Source: Pseudomonadales bacterium
GTDB taxonomy: Bacteria; Pseudomonadota; Gammaproteobacteria; Pseudomonadales; UBA5518
NCBI GenBank assembly: GCA_035433265.1
Contig: DAORUQ010000002.1
Span: 1-50,710 of the forward strand
Direction: 5' to 3'
Length of the DNA stretch: 50,710 nucleotides
The position numbers and the translations under genes are program-made. The notes under the pieces were generated by a model. The model saw nothing but the letters and a program-made list of their open reading frames with translations. It was not told the DNA's origin and did no database searches. Shown here piece after piece: positions 8,694 through 18,268 of this stretch; position 1 is the stretch's first letter; every line of letters begins with the position of its first letter.

Positions 8694-9104
8694 CTAAAGC
8701 CCCTCCGCCGCGACCAGTGGAAACAGCAACTTGTCGGCCAGTATGGTGCAGAAATACTCGTTCACCTGCTTGATCTTGCCCTCGCGCAACAAGAACACCA
8801 TGCAATATTGATTGCAATAGGACTCACCGTTGCAGAGCGTGGCGTTGCCATCGAACTCCACCACCACCCGCTCGCCTTCGGCTGTCACGCTGTGGATATC
8901 CGGGTGCATACCGTCGGGCACCAGCTTGCGGAACGCCGCGATCGTGGCGAGTATGGTGTCGTGTTTGCGCACGCCCGCGAATTTCCCGAAACCCTTGGCC
9001 AGCGTGAATGCGTCCGGCGCCAGGCATGGAGCGGCCGCCACCGCATCGCCCTTGCCCATGGCATCGATGAATGTGAGCACGACCTGCTTGTTCTGCTCGC
9101 TCAT
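8694..9104 (-). CDS. SnoaL-like / ketosteroid-isomerase-like NTF2-fold protein
   Basis: Internal ATG at 9104 of track ORF 8694..9221 (GGAGGAG RBS). MSEQNKQVVLTFIDAMGKGD...GKIKQVNEYF is a classic SnoaL-like pattern. Confidence 0.8.
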   Translation of the reverse strand: MSEQNKQVVLTFIDAMGKGDAVAAAPCLAPDAFTLAKGFGKFAGVRKHDTILATIAAFRKLVPDGMHPDIHSVTAEGERVVVEFDGNATLCNGESYCNQYCMVFLLREGKIKQVNEYFCTILADKLLFPLVAAEGL

Positions 9105-9186
9105 GATGATCTCTCCTCCTTGTTGTGTGAATGTACATCGCGTCAGCCCCGCACGCGCGAAGAGCGCTCCAACGCGCTGACAGCGC

Positions 9187-9936
9187 CTATTTGCGGGACC
9201 AGCCAAGGTTCGAGCCGCCATCGACCGGCAGAACCATTCCGGTCACCTGCGCCGACAGATCGCTCGCCAGGTACAACGCGGCGTTCGCGACATCCCGCGG
9301 CGTCCCCTGGCGCCGTAGCGGCTGAACCCGGCGGGTCATTTCCGACAGGTCATAAAATGTCTGGGCTGCGGGAATATGGCCCGGCGCGATGCAATTGACC
9401 CGGATGCCGTACTCTCCGAGGTCTGTCGCGATCGACTTCGTGACGTGAATGACGCCTGCCTTGGCGGCGCGATAGCTGATCAGGGGAAGCCCCGGCTTGA
9501 GTCCGGCGATCGAGGTGGTATTGATGATCGAGCCGCCGCCGTGCGCGGCCATATACCGGCCGGCGCACTGGCAGCCTGCCATCACGCCGAACAGGTTGAC
9601 GGCGATGACCCGCTCGAAATCCGCCAGATCGTCTTCCAGGAAGCGATTGTGGACCGCACCGCTGATACCCGCATTGTTGAACATCACATGCAGGCCGCCA
9701 AAACGCTCGACGGCAAAATCCACCAGTTCCTGTACCTGCCTGGCATCGGCGACATCCGTTCGCTTGAATGCCGCGGGCGCGCCGAGCATGGCCGCGAGCG
9801 CTTCGCCTTGCTCGGCGTTCACGTCCGCGATCACCACCCTGGCGCCCTGTTCCACGAACAGCTCCACGGTGGCGCGACCAAGGCCGCTCGCACCGCCCGT
9901 GATGATGGCAACCTGGCCGGCAAGCAACTGGCTCAT
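9187..9936 (-). CDS. Classical short-chain dehydrogenase/reductase (FabG-like)
   Basis: 249 aa. TGGASGLG cofactor motif, NNAG, catalytic YRAAKAG (YxxxK). Confidence 0.92.
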   Translation of the reverse strand: MSQLLAGQVAIITGGASGLGRATVELFVEQGARVVIADVNAEQGEALAAMLGAPAAFKRTDVADARQVQELVDFAVERFGGLHVMFNNAGISGAVHNRFLEDDLADFERVIAVNLFGVMAGCQCAGRYMAAHGGGSIINTTSIAGLKPGLPLISYRAAKAGVIHVTKSIATDLGEYGIRVNCIAPGHIPAAQTFYDLSEMTRRVQPLRRQGTPRDVANAALYLASDLSAQVTGMVLPVDGGSNLGWSRK

Positions 9937-9997
9937 CGAGTACTCATGGAATTGATGGATTGATCCTCGCCATTGACCCGCGACGGCGCGAGCCCGA

Positions 9998-10813
9998 TCA
10001 AAGCAGGGGTTCCTCGCCTGCCAATATCGTGCGGTGCATCAAGCGGCCGCTGTCCAGAGGATACGGCAGCGCGCGATGCATGGTGCCGGTATTGTCCCAG
10101 ATCAGAAGATCTCCCACCTGCCACTCGTGGCGATAGACAAACCGGGGCTGCGTCGCCCAGTCACGCAGGCGGGCCAGCAGCGCCCTGCTCTCCTCGACGG
10201 ACATGCCTTCCACATAATCCGCGGTTGCGCCCAGCAGCAGCGACTTGCGCCCGGATTGGTGCGTCCATACGAGGGGGCAGGACTTGGAGGGCGCGCGTTG
10301 CCACATCTCCAGTTCCGCGTAGCTCATTTCGGGATTCACGTAGAACTGCGATCTTGCAGCACTGTGCACGACCCGCAGCTTCTCGAGGCTTTTCTTTTCA
10401 TCGTCCGGCAGATCATCGTACGCCGCGTAGGTGTTGCAGAATTCCGTCTGCCCACCCGTTGCCGAGAGCTTTATCGCACGCAGCAGCGCCGCGAGGTTCG
10501 GGTACGGCTGCAGCGAGCCATCGAAGTGCCAGAACAGCGACCCTTTCAGGTAATCGGCGCGCTGATTGACCGCCTTGTCCAGGGATATCTTGTAGATTCC
10601 GCCCTCGCCCTCGCTCGCCACGGTTTTTCCGAGCGTCTCGGCGATGGCCACCTGCTGCGCATCGTCTATATCGAGACCGCGGAAAAATACGACACCGCGC
10701 TGCTCCAGGATATTGCGTATGATGGCGGCCTCGGAACCGCTCATCAAGGTCTCGACATCCGTCCTGATCTCGCTGCCCACCCGCGGCGTGAGATCGATAA
10801 CCTGCAGCGTCAT
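9998..10813 (-). CDS. TauD/TfdA-family Fe(II)/2-oxoglutarate-dependent dioxygenase
   Basis: 271 aa. FWHFDG (HxD), WDNTGTMHRA, GRLMHRT. GGGGGAA RBS. By eye, about half of the positions are identical to 3316..4155. Confidence 0.92.
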   Translation of the reverse strand: MTLQVIDLTPRVGSEIRTDVETLMSGSEAAIIRNILEQRGVVFFRGLDIDDAQQVAIAETLGKTVASEGEGGIYKISLDKAVNQRADYLKGSLFWHFDGSLQPYPNLAALLRAIKLSATGGQTEFCNTYAAYDDLPDDEKKSLEKLRVVHSAARSQFYVNPEMSYAELEMWQRAPSKSCPLVWTHQSGRKSLLLGATADYVEGMSVEESRALLARLRDWATQPRFVYRHEWQVGDLLIWDNTGTMHRALPYPLDSGRLMHRTILAGEEPLL

Positions 10814-10832
10814 GATCGTTCCCCCTGTCCCA

Positions 10833-11156
10833 TCAACTCAAACGCGTCAGGATCGTGCGTGCCGAATGCTTTACCCGAGGCTGCTTCCACAACTCGACGG
10901 CCAGCGAAACGGTGATCAATGAATAGAGCAGGTTGCGCAGGTTGGCGGCATCCGGCGGCAGTGGCTGCTGGTAGTCGAACTGGTCGAGGTAGGCAACCGC
11001 TGCCTCGGCATGGGGAAAAATCTCGTCGTAGAATGCCCGGATCTGCTCCATGGAGCTATTGACGCGTTTCACGTAGCGCGCATGCCCGTCTTCAATGGCC
11101 CACTCGGCAACCAGGTGTTCGAGTTGCGCAAATTTTGCCGGCAGCAGCGTGCTCAT
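10833..11156 (-). CDS. Small hypothetical protein (107 aa), predicted all-helical
   Basis: Its ATG overlaps the stop of the upstream Rieske gene (ATGA at 11153-11156), which suggests translational coupling. Coding-like composition. No family recognised. Confidence 0.6.
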   Translation of the reverse strand: MSTLLPAKFAQLEHLVAEWAIEDGHARYVKRVNSSMEQIRAFYDEIFPHAEAAVAYLDQFDYQQPLPPDAANLRNLLYSLITVSLAVELWKQPRVKHSARTILTRLS

Positions 11157-12439
11157 TTGCCGCCCCCCTTTTTCTCCTCACCTGCATTGACCTGGTCGAC
11201 GACGACCTTGTGCAGATGGCGCACCAGCAATTCCTCGTCGTTGAAATGAAACTCCCTGATCGCGCCGCTGTTCAGCATGGCCTGCATGCCTTCAAGAGGG
11301 CTCGAGTCCTCGAGAATGATGTCATTGAGGAACGTCACGGTCAGTTCCTGGCCCAAACGCTCCTTGTGCGTCGTCGGCGGCCGATAGAACATTTCCACCT
11401 CGATGATGTGCGAATGCGGCCCCGTCGGCCAATGGACATGGGTGGTGAAACCCGACGCACCGAAGATCAGCACGAAATTGGGGAAGAACTGGAACGAGTC
11501 GAAACCGTAGTTCTCCGAGCGGGTGGGATTCAGCCCGCGAGGCAATGAACCGACGTCGATCTTCTTGTTCCAAGGGCCGGCCGCGCTTGCCTCGAACACG
11601 CATTCGATCGGCTTCGAGTACGGGGTCTTTCGCGAGGGCTCCCCGGCAAAGGAAAACATCCGGTGCAGGCCCTCGAGACGGTAAGCCAACGCATCGGTGA
11701 ACGGATTCGGGGCTTCCAGCGCGGCCTTGGCCGCCGCAGTCAGGTTGCCAAAGGAAGCAGCGTGCAGGTAGGGCCCGTGATAGCTCTCCGCGAACCCGTC
11801 CATGAATATCTTCCAGTTGCACTGGATCTCGGCCTTGAACCGGTAGACCTGGTGCGGACCTGCAAAGGGATAGCCTTCGATCCCGTGGGCCAGCTCGCCG
11901 AGGAAGTCGCGTACAGACTCGGTATTGTCCGGGTTCAGGTTGATGAAGATGAAGCCTTCCCAGACGTCGCACTGCACGGGGGGCACGCGACACTTGTCGG
12001 GGTCGAAATCCAGCAGCAAATCCTTGCGTGTAGGTGCGATCAGGGAACCGTCGAGCTCGAAGCTCCAGCCGTGAAACCTGCAGTAGAGTGCGGGGGACTG
12101 GCCCTCGACCTCCTCGAACGGGTCGTCGCGCCAGACCAGCTTGTTGCCCCGGTGCGGGCAGATATTGTGGAAGGCGCGGATCACGTCGTCCTTGCCCCGC
12201 ACCACGATGATCGAGGTACTGGCGAAACCCAGCTCGCGGGTGAAATAGCTGCCTTTCCTGGGCAGCCGCTCGACGCGCCCGACGTACAGCCAGTTCTTCC
12301 GGAATACGTGCTCGCGCTCCTTCTCGTAGAACTCCCTGGAAACGCAGTCGTCCAGCGAAACCGGGCCCCGGCCCAGCTCAGGATAGGCGTCGCTCCAGTG
12401 CCCACTCGGCGGCTTGGTGACGATGGGGTCCCTTTCCAT
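11153..12439 (-). CDS. Rieske non-heme-iron oxygenase alpha subunit
   Basis: 428 aa. CPHRGNKLVWRDDPFEEVEGQSPALYCRFHGW, CNWKIFMDGFAESYHGPYLH. GAGGAAAG RBS. First gene of an operon divergent from the LysR gene at 12596. Confidence 0.9.
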   Translation of the reverse strand: MERDPIVTKPPSGHWSDAYPELGRGPVSLDDCVSREFYEKEREHVFRKNWLYVGRVERLPRKGSYFTRELGFASTSIIVVRGKDDVIRAFHNICPHRGNKLVWRDDPFEEVEGQSPALYCRFHGWSFELDGSLIAPTRKDLLLDFDPDKCRVPPVQCDVWEGFIFINLNPDNTESVRDFLGELAHGIEGYPFAGPHQVYRFKAEIQCNWKIFMDGFAESYHGPYLHAASFGNLTAAAKAALEAPNPFTDALAYRLEGLHRMFSFAGEPSRKTPYSKPIECVFEASAAGPWNKKIDVGSLPRGLNPTRSENYGFDSFQFFPNFVLIFGASGFTTHVHWPTGPHSHIIEVEMFYRPPTTHKERLGQELTVTFLNDIILEDSSPLEGMQAMLNSGAIREFHFNDEELLVRHLHKVVVDQVNAGEEKKGGGK

Positions 12440-12536
12440 AGCGCTTTCCTCGTTATATTCGCCGCGGTACCGACCACCGGGTCTGCGGTCACGGTTCCGT
12501 CCCGATCATGCATGCGTCAACGTATCACTTGTGCAC

Positions 12537-12580
12537 TGTTGCAAAATAGACTCATATTTTGGAAAGTGTGTTGCAAATAT
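12537..12580. promoter_or_regulatory. Candidate LysR binding region: direct repeat TGTTGCAAA(A)TA x2 plus inverted repeat CAAAATA-N6-TATTTTG
   Basis: TGTTGCAAAATA at 12537-12548 and TGTTGCAAATAT at 12569-12580, 32 bp apart. Perfect 7-bp inverted repeat at 12542-12561. Located in the AT-rich gap between the divergent Rieske (12439) and LysR (12596) starts. Confidence 0.35.
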
Positions 12581-12595
12581 GGAACATCATCCCTC

Positions 12596-13546
12596 ATGGG
12601 TCACAACCTGCCGTTTGATATCGATGCGCTGCTCGTGTTCGCGAAGGTGGTCGAGTGCCGCAGCCTCTCGAAGGCAGCATCGTTGCTGGGGATGCCCAAA
12701 TCCACAGCCAGCCGCAAGATCAGCAAGCTCGAATCCGACCTGGGCATCAGGCTGCTGCGCAAGAACACGCACCAGATCACTGTTACGGACCTCGGTGAGA
12801 AGATCTACGGCCATGCCCTGACTATCCTGGCTGAAGCCAACGATGTCCGCGCTCTGGTGGAAGGCAGCCAGCAGGAACCGCAAGGGGTGCTGCGCGCCGC
12901 CATACCGGTGTTCGTCGGCATCGATTTCGCCTCGCGGGTCGGGGCCACGTTCCTGCAGCGCTATCCGAAGTCCCGGCTCGAGATTCGCCTGGTGGACAAC
13001 ATGGTCCATCCCGTCAAGGACGGGTTTGACGTGGTTTTCGGAGCGGGCCCGCTGCAAGACTCCACGCTCATTGCCAGGAAACTTTTCACCCTTGAATGCT
13101 TTCTGTGCGCGGCACCCGATTTCATCAGGACCTTGCCGGAACCACTCACGACCCCCACGCAACTGAACACGCTTCCGTTCATTGATTCGGGCTTTTACGA
13201 GGAGCCGCGCAAGCTGCACCTGGCCAGAGGCAAAAAGCACTACCAGTTGTCGCCGCTGGTCCGGGCGCGCGCGAACAATTTCCAGATCAGCAAACAATAT
13301 ATCCTGCAGGGACTGGGGATTGGCGCGATGCCGAAGCAGATCATATGCTCGGGCGAATTGCAGGAAGGAAGCCTGGTACCGGTATTGCCGGACTGGAGCC
13401 TGGAAACGGTCGATGTCTACATGATCCACCCGTTCCAGTTGTCTTTCTCGAATCTGATCAGCGCCTTTTATGAAACCGCTGTCGAGATCATCACGCAAAA
13501 CACCGAGAGGAGCGGGACGCTCGATACCCCGCCAGCCCCGCATTGA
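12596..13546 (+). CDS. LysR-family transcriptional regulator
   Basis: Internal ATG of track ORF 11663..13546 (the 5' part is an antisense shadow of the Rieske gene). N-terminal wHTH motif LLVFAKVVECRSLSKAASLLGMPKSTASRKISKLESDLGIRLL, followed by a LysR substrate-binding domain. Confidence 0.9.
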   Translation: MGHNLPFDIDALLVFAKVVECRSLSKAASLLGMPKSTASRKISKLESDLGIRLLRKNTHQITVTDLGEKIYGHALTILAEANDVRALVEGSQQEPQGVLRAAIPVFVGIDFASRVGATFLQRYPKSRLEIRLVDNMVHPVKDGFDVVFGAGPLQDSTLIARKLFTLECFLCAAPDFIRTLPEPLTTPTQLNTLPFIDSGFYEEPRKLHLARGKKHYQLSPLVRARANNFQISKQYILQGLGIGAMPKQIICSGELQEGSLVPVLPDWSLETVDVYMIHPFQLSFSNLISAFYETAVEIITQNTERSGTLDTPPAPH

Positions 13547-13560
13547 GCGGGCGGGGCGCG

Positions 13561-13586
13561 GGACGGGAACACGCGGGCACCCGTCC
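13561..13586 (+). terminator. Possible hairpin terminator after the LysR gene
   Basis: GGACGGG-N12-CCCGTCC, 15 nt after the stop, followed by TT. The U-tract is weak. Confidence 0.25.
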
Positions 13587-13669
13587 TTCACACCGATCGA
13601 GCTTTCCGGCGAAGGAGGAAGCGTTCTTCGATCTTCGCCGTGAGCTTCTCCATCAGATTGATGTTTGAT

Positions 13670-13685
13670 GACCCGGCATCGGGTC
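13670..13685 (-). terminator. Possible hairpin terminator after the TonB-dependent receptor gene
   Basis: GACCCG-GCAT-CGGGTC perfect 6-bp stem, 10 nt downstream of the receptor stop (13696). An A/T-containing tract follows on the minus strand, but there is no clean U-run. Confidence 0.3.
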
Positions 13686-13695
13686 CCGCACGCCG

Positions 13696-16158
13696 CTAGA
13701 AGTTATATCTCAAGCGTGCACCGTACATTCGTGGCTCCCCCGTCACCCGGAAATCCGCTCCGATGCTCGGATTGTCGTAGAAGCCCGTGATGTTGACCGG
13801 GTATTCCTCGTCCGTGACATTCGTAGCGAAAATCGACACATCGAAAGCACTGCCCATGATCCCCTTCCAACCGGCATTCAGGTTGAGGAGTTTGCGCGAG
13901 TCGAGCCAGCCATAGGTACTGACGATGGCGAGCTGCTCATCGATGTACGTGTAGCTCGCGCCAATCGACACGTCACCCACATCTGCGGGCAAGGGCAGCA
14001 GGTAATTCAGGGCGGCCGTCGCCGTATGCTCGGGCGAAAAGCTAAGCGCGCTGCCCGCCTCCACGTACCCGGTGACTTCGTCGTAGGGACTGTCTGACGC
14101 GGGCTGCGGCAGCTCGGTCTCATCGAGCTCGGTATCCAGGTACGTGTACGAAAGACTGAACATCAGGCCGTCATGAAACTCGAGGGTCGCCTCGATCTCG
14201 GCACCCTGGATCGTGGACGAACCGGCATTCACGATGCCGGTAGTGAACGCAGCCTCGCCCGTACTGCTCGAGTAACCGACCTGGAGCTGCTGGTCGCTGA
14301 GATCGTTGTGGAACAACGCGACGTTCAGAGTACCGGGAAGCGGAGCATCGAAGCGCCACTTGCCGCCCAACTCATAGGCATCCACTTCTTCGGCATCAAA
14401 GTCCTGGATCCCCTCCGCCGCGAACAGGTTGACGGAACCCTGCCGGTAGCCGCGTGCATATTTCGCATACAACAACAGATCCGGAGTTGGCACGTAATCC
14501 AGCCCGATCAGCCAGGTCGGTGCGTCGGTCTCCTTGTCCAGATCCTGCCTGCAACCGGGAGCCGCGACGCCGGTTGCGGGCGAAAGGACACAATCCGGCC
14601 CGCTTGCCGGCGCCCCGGGCGCAGCCCTGGGAAATCCAGTGTAGATTACTTGCGAGTTTGTTCCTTCGGTCTTGTCCACCGTGTAACGCAAACCGGCCGT
14701 GACGCTGAACTCATCGCTGATGTCGTAGGTGGTCTGCGCGTAAGCGGCCTTGTTCTCGTATTCGATCTTGCCGACACTGGATTGCACGAAGCCCGCACCA
14801 AAAACATCCAGACATTGCCAGAAGGATGGATCGCCACCCTCCGGAAGCTGCGGGCAGGTGAGAAACGTCGTGGACAGCAGACCCGACCAACCATCGGGCC
14901 TGCTGTTCTCGTAGTACACCCCCCCCTGCCAATCGAGTCGGTCATCCAGCGCTCGACCCGAGAACTGCAGCTCCTCGACAAAGGTCGTCTGGCTGCTGCT
15001 CGGCATACCGGCGGGACCCGATGGGTAGAACGTCACCGGCGCACCGACCAGGTCCGGACTCGGAAGCAGGGGCGCGTATGCAGCCGGATAACGGAAATTG
15101 GTCCCGAAATTCGCGTGTCGTATCGTCTGCTCGAGATCGGCATAGGACAGGATGTTCCTGACGGTCAACGCATCGCTCACTTCCCAGGTGGTCGTGTTGA
15201 TGACCTGCCACTGCTCGAGCTTGCTGACCGGGTTCTCGACATCACCTTGCGCGACCGTGTAGAAATCATCCTTCTGGCTCTCGAGCGTAGGTTGGCAGAA
15301 GGCATCCAGCAGCCCGCCGGGTTTGCATACGAACAGCCCCTGGATCGTGCCGTTGTTTTCTGAATCGGTATAGGTGGCAATGGTGTAGTTTTCGACGGCA
15401 TCCGTCATATCCACGCTCAGACTGGCGCGGCCTGCGATGTAATCGACATCCGTAAACCGATTGGGGCCGACACCGGATACATTCTTCATGTAGCCGTCGC
15501 GCTGCAGGGTATCGACGCCAAAGCGCGCCCGCGCGCGATCGCTCACCGGCACGTTGATCACGCCCTGCGCCCGCTCCATGTCGTAGTTGCCGGCGGACAG
15601 TTCCGCGTAACCCCCGAGTTCGCCGGTGGGCTTCTGCGGTACCAGCTGGATGGCGCCGCCCGTCGTGTTGCGCCCGAACAGCGTACCCTGCGGCCCTTTC
15701 AGAACCTGCACGTTCTGCAGGTCGAAAAAGGCGCCAGGACCCGCGCCGTCACCGGCGGTGATCACGGCGCCACCGCGCGGCGCGACCACGTCCGCGAAAT
15801 AAACACCAACCGATGCCGTGGTGCGGAATTCCTGCGTGAAGCCGCGAATCGCGAACGACGCCTGGTCTGAGCCAAAACGGGTGTTGGCGCTCAGCGAGGG
15901 CGTGTGATTGACCAGGTCCGTGGCGCTGATGACGTTGCGCTCATCCAGCATCGCCTGGCTGAAAACCGTCATGGAGATCGGAACATCCTGCAGGGATTCC
16001 TCCTTGCGGCGCGCCGTGACGATGACCTCCTCCTGCTGCTCGATCGCCGCATGGGCCTCGGGTACCGGTACCGCCAGGCCCGCGCCGAGCATCACCGTTG
16101 GCAACATGGCTGCCGTGTGGAATACGTGACGCGAACCCTTTCTGGTGCTTTTGCTCAT
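13696..16158 (-). CDS. TonB-dependent outer-membrane receptor
   Basis: Track ORF 13696..16197. I prefer the ATG at 16158 (GAGGGAG RBS). Signal peptide ...PEAHA/AIEQQ, plug-domain motif EEVIVTARRKEESLQDVPISMTVF, long beta-barrel region, terminal aromatic residue ...RLRYNF. Confidence 0.92.
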   Translation of the reverse strand: MSKSTRKGSRHVFHTAAMLPTVMLGAGLAVPVPEAHAAIEQQEEVIVTARRKEESLQDVPISMTVFSQAMLDERNVISATDLVNHTPSLSANTRFGSDQASFAIRGFTQEFRTTASVGVYFADVVAPRGGAVITAGDGAGPGAFFDLQNVQVLKGPQGTLFGRNTTGGAIQLVPQKPTGELGGYAELSAGNYDMERAQGVINVPVSDRARARFGVDTLQRDGYMKNVSGVGPNRFTDVDYIAGRASLSVDMTDAVENYTIATYTDSENNGTIQGLFVCKPGGLLDAFCQPTLESQKDDFYTVAQGDVENPVSKLEQWQVINTTTWEVSDALTVRNILSYADLEQTIRHANFGTNFRYPAAYAPLLPSPDLVGAPVTFYPSGPAGMPSSSQTTFVEELQFSGRALDDRLDWQGGVYYENSRPDGWSGLLSTTFLTCPQLPEGGDPSFWQCLDVFGAGFVQSSVGKIEYENKAAYAQTTYDISDEFSVTAGLRYTVDKTEGTNSQVIYTGFPRAAPGAPASGPDCVLSPATGVAAPGCRQDLDKETDAPTWLIGLDYVPTPDLLLYAKYARGYRQGSVNLFAAEGIQDFDAEEVDAYELGGKWRFDAPLPGTLNVALFHNDLSDQQLQVGYSSSTGEAAFTTGIVNAGSSTIQGAEIEATLEFHDGLMFSLSYTYLDTELDETELPQPASDSPYDEVTGYVEAGSALSFSPEHTATAALNYLLPLPADVGDVSIGASYTYIDEQLAIVSTYGWLDSRKLLNLNAGWKGIMGSAFDVSIFATNVTDEEYPVNITGFYDNPSIGADFRVTGEPRMYGARLRYNF

Positions 16159-16209
16159 TGCGCTCCCTCTGGTTATTAAATTCCGCATCCGCCGCAATCG
16201 AAGACCCGC

Positions 16210-16671
16210 TCAGAGCACACCCTCGTAGTTCTTCAGCACCTCGCTGCCGGGCAACTCCATCTGCAGGTAGATATCGATGTGCCGGATCTTGCCGGCGCCG
16301 TTGAATTCATAGACCGACACCGAATTCACGACGCTGCTGAAATCTCCCATCCTGCTGCGCTCCTCCAGTTCGAGGAACACGACATTCCCCGCCTCCGTGA
16401 CGCGCTTGAACGAGCACTCCCAGTCGGATGACACCGCCCAATTGGTGAGGAAACCCACATAGTCCTGCCAGTTCATGACTTCCTTGAAGTTGCCCACACG
16501 CTCGAACTCGTCGATCGCGATGAGCTCACCCAACGGGGCCCAGCTTGCGACGGAAAAGCCGGGTCGCCCGGCGCTATCCACCAGGCGCTTCATGACCTGG
16601 CTGTATTCCAGCACCGTACGCGACAGGCCCGTGTAATTTCCAATGACGTCGCTCACTTCCTGCAAGGCCAT
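16210..16671 (-). CDS. NTF2-like small protein (153 aa)
   Basis: Internal ATG at 16671 (AGAGGA RBS) of track ORF 16210..16974. The pattern ...FERVGNFKEVMNWQDYVGFLTNWA...VVFLELEERS...SVYEFNGAGKIRHIDIYLQ fits an NTF2/SnoaL-like cone fold. Lies between a Rieske alpha gene and the TonB receptor gene. Confidence 0.65.
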   Translation of the reverse strand: MALQEVSDVIGNYTGLSRTVLEYSQVMKRLVDSAGRPGFSVASWAPLGELIAIDEFERVGNFKEVMNWQDYVGFLTNWAVSSDWECSFKRVTEAGNVVFLELEERSRMGDFSSVVNSVSVYEFNGAGKIRHIDIYLQMELPGSEVLKNYEGVL

Positions 16672-16786
16672 GAATCTATCCTCTGCTGATTGTGTTTTCG
16701 TTGTCGATGCTGAACGCAACGCGGCATCGTCGAAGGCGATGCTTCGACGATGCCGGGCGTCAGGCAGGCGTTGTGGTGCAAGGCAT

Positions 16787-18157
16787 TCAGGATGTCGCCG
16801 CCCCCTCCATATACCTGTCCACCACCATATGGAAACGGGCGACGTTGACTTCCTCCTGCGCCAGGTGCAGGTACTTGAGCGTGTGATTGCGCAGGCCCAG
16901 CTGCTGGCGCGGCATCTGCTCGTAATCCTGCTGCAGCGCCTCGAAGTACTGGTAGCTGCCCGGCACTTCGACATCGATCAACTGTGCGCGGTACTGCTCG
17001 CGCACTTCCGGGGGCAGCCACATATAGCTGGCCACGTGCCAGATGCAGCGATTGGGGTCACCGTCGGGATGTGGCACGGACATGATCACGTGGGCTTCCC
17101 CGGCGCGGATCGTCATCATGAAATTCGGAAACAGGAACCAGCCCTGGTTGTCGCTCATCTGGTCGTCACTGAGGCCGCTCACATCGAGCCCCTTGAGGGT
17201 GAGGGTCTCGCGCGTGGCCTGTTGCAGCAGCGTGCGCCCCGATACGCCCGCCGGGAAGTTCAGCGCACCGTTCGCGTCACGGAAGGCATCGACCAGTTTC
17301 CCGAAAATGGGCAGGACTTCCGCCACTCCGGGAAAGGTTGCCGGCAACGCCATGATGCCCTTGACCTCGTCTTCCGGACCAAACCCCTTTTCCATCTTCA
17401 CTTCGAACGGGGCGCAGGCCAGGGCGTGATCTCCGAACCACGCGTTCCGGTTCTTGACCACATCGGGAACGATCACGGCGAGGAGTTGCGGATGCACGCC
17501 GACGATATGGTATGCCTCGGAAAACGCGTCCATGACCACTTTCCAGTTGCACTCCAGTGGCTCGCGCACATCCATCACCGGAGTCATCTCGTCGAGCCTG
17601 TAGGGCGCCAGCAGTTCTATCACCTCATTGCCCAGGAATTCCGCCAGCGGCTTCGCCGCGGGATCCGGGTTGAGGAAGATGAAACCGGCGAACGTGTCGA
17701 CCGGAACTTCGAGAAGTCCGAGCTCGCTCTTGTCGATCGGACCGACCAGGTCCGGCCTGGCAACGCCCACCAGGCGTCCATCGAGACCATAGGACCAGAG
17801 GTGGTAGGGGCAGGTGAAACGGCCGTTGGAGTGCCCCTTCTTGTCGCGGCACAGCACGTTGCCGCGATGCCTGCAGGCGTTGACGAAGCCGCGGATCTTG
17901 CCGTCATTGCCGCGCACGACCACGTAGGACTGGTCGTAGATGCGATATTCCTTCCAGTCGCCGTTTGCAGGCAGTTCATCCACGCGGCCGGCGACCTGCC
18001 AGACCCTGGACCAGATCAATTCACGCTCGCGCCCGGCGTATTCGCGCGAGGTATAGCGATCCGTCGAGATGCGCATATTGATCTTGTCGAAGTCGAGCTC
18101 CTCCCAGGCCATCGTATGCTCGACCCAGTTTCCGGGCTTCACTGCGTGCGTAGTCAT
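16787..18157 (-). CDS. Rieske non-heme-iron oxygenase alpha subunit
   Basis: Track ORF 16787..18172. I prefer the ATG at 18157 (MTTHAVKPGN...; GAGGA 8 nt upstream). CRHRGNVLCRDKKGHSNGRFTCPYHLW. Catalytic motif CNWKVVMDAFSEAYHIVGVHP. Confidence 0.9.
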   Translation of the reverse strand: MTTHAVKPGNWVEHTMAWEELDFDKINMRISTDRYTSREYAGRERELIWSRVWQVAGRVDELPANGDWKEYRIYDQSYVVVRGNDGKIRGFVNACRHRGNVLCRDKKGHSNGRFTCPYHLWSYGLDGRLVGVARPDLVGPIDKSELGLLEVPVDTFAGFIFLNPDPAAKPLAEFLGNEVIELLAPYRLDEMTPVMDVREPLECNWKVVMDAFSEAYHIVGVHPQLLAVIVPDVVKNRNAWFGDHALACAPFEVKMEKGFGPEDEVKGIMALPATFPGVAEVLPIFGKLVDAFRDANGALNFPAGVSGRTLLQQATRETLTLKGLDVSGLSDDQMSDNQGWFLFPNFMMTIRAGEAHVIMSVPHPDGDPNRCIWHVASYMWLPPEVREQYRAQLIDVEVPGSYQYFEALQQDYEQMPRQQLGLRNHTLKYLHLAQEEVNVARFHMVVDRYMEGAATS

Positions 18158-18268
18158 GGAGTCGATCCTCATTGTCGTGATGCGATTGGGCCCACTCTAT
18201 TAATGTTGATTTGATCGATAAATAGTGGTTTTATCATTCTATTGATGACCAAAGTGAAATAGTCTGTC
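18158..18268. promoter_or_regulatory. AT-rich divergent promoter/operator region (Rieske operon / LysR)
   Basis: The lowest-GC stretch in the neighbourhood (ATTAATGTTGATTTGATCGATAAATAG...TTATCATTCTATTGATGA). Contains a short dyad TCAT-N7-ATGA (18234-18248). No precise site can be called. Confidence 0.4.

Noticed and set aside
11663-12595. 5' two-thirds of the 627-aa ORF 11663..13546
   Set aside because: It is an antisense shadow of the Rieske gene 11153..12439. Only the part from the ATG at 12596 (LysR wHTH) looks real.
13588-13653. 21-codon minus-strand ORF (MEKLTAKIEERFLLRRKARSV) between the LysR and TonB-receptor genes
   Set aside because: It has no RBS, is very short and lies inside a convergent terminator region. 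It is probably chance or a gene remnant.
16643-18214. 523-aa plus-strand ORF
   Set aside because: It is antisense to the Rieske gene 16787..18157. Low-complexity, Arg/His/Val-rich junk.
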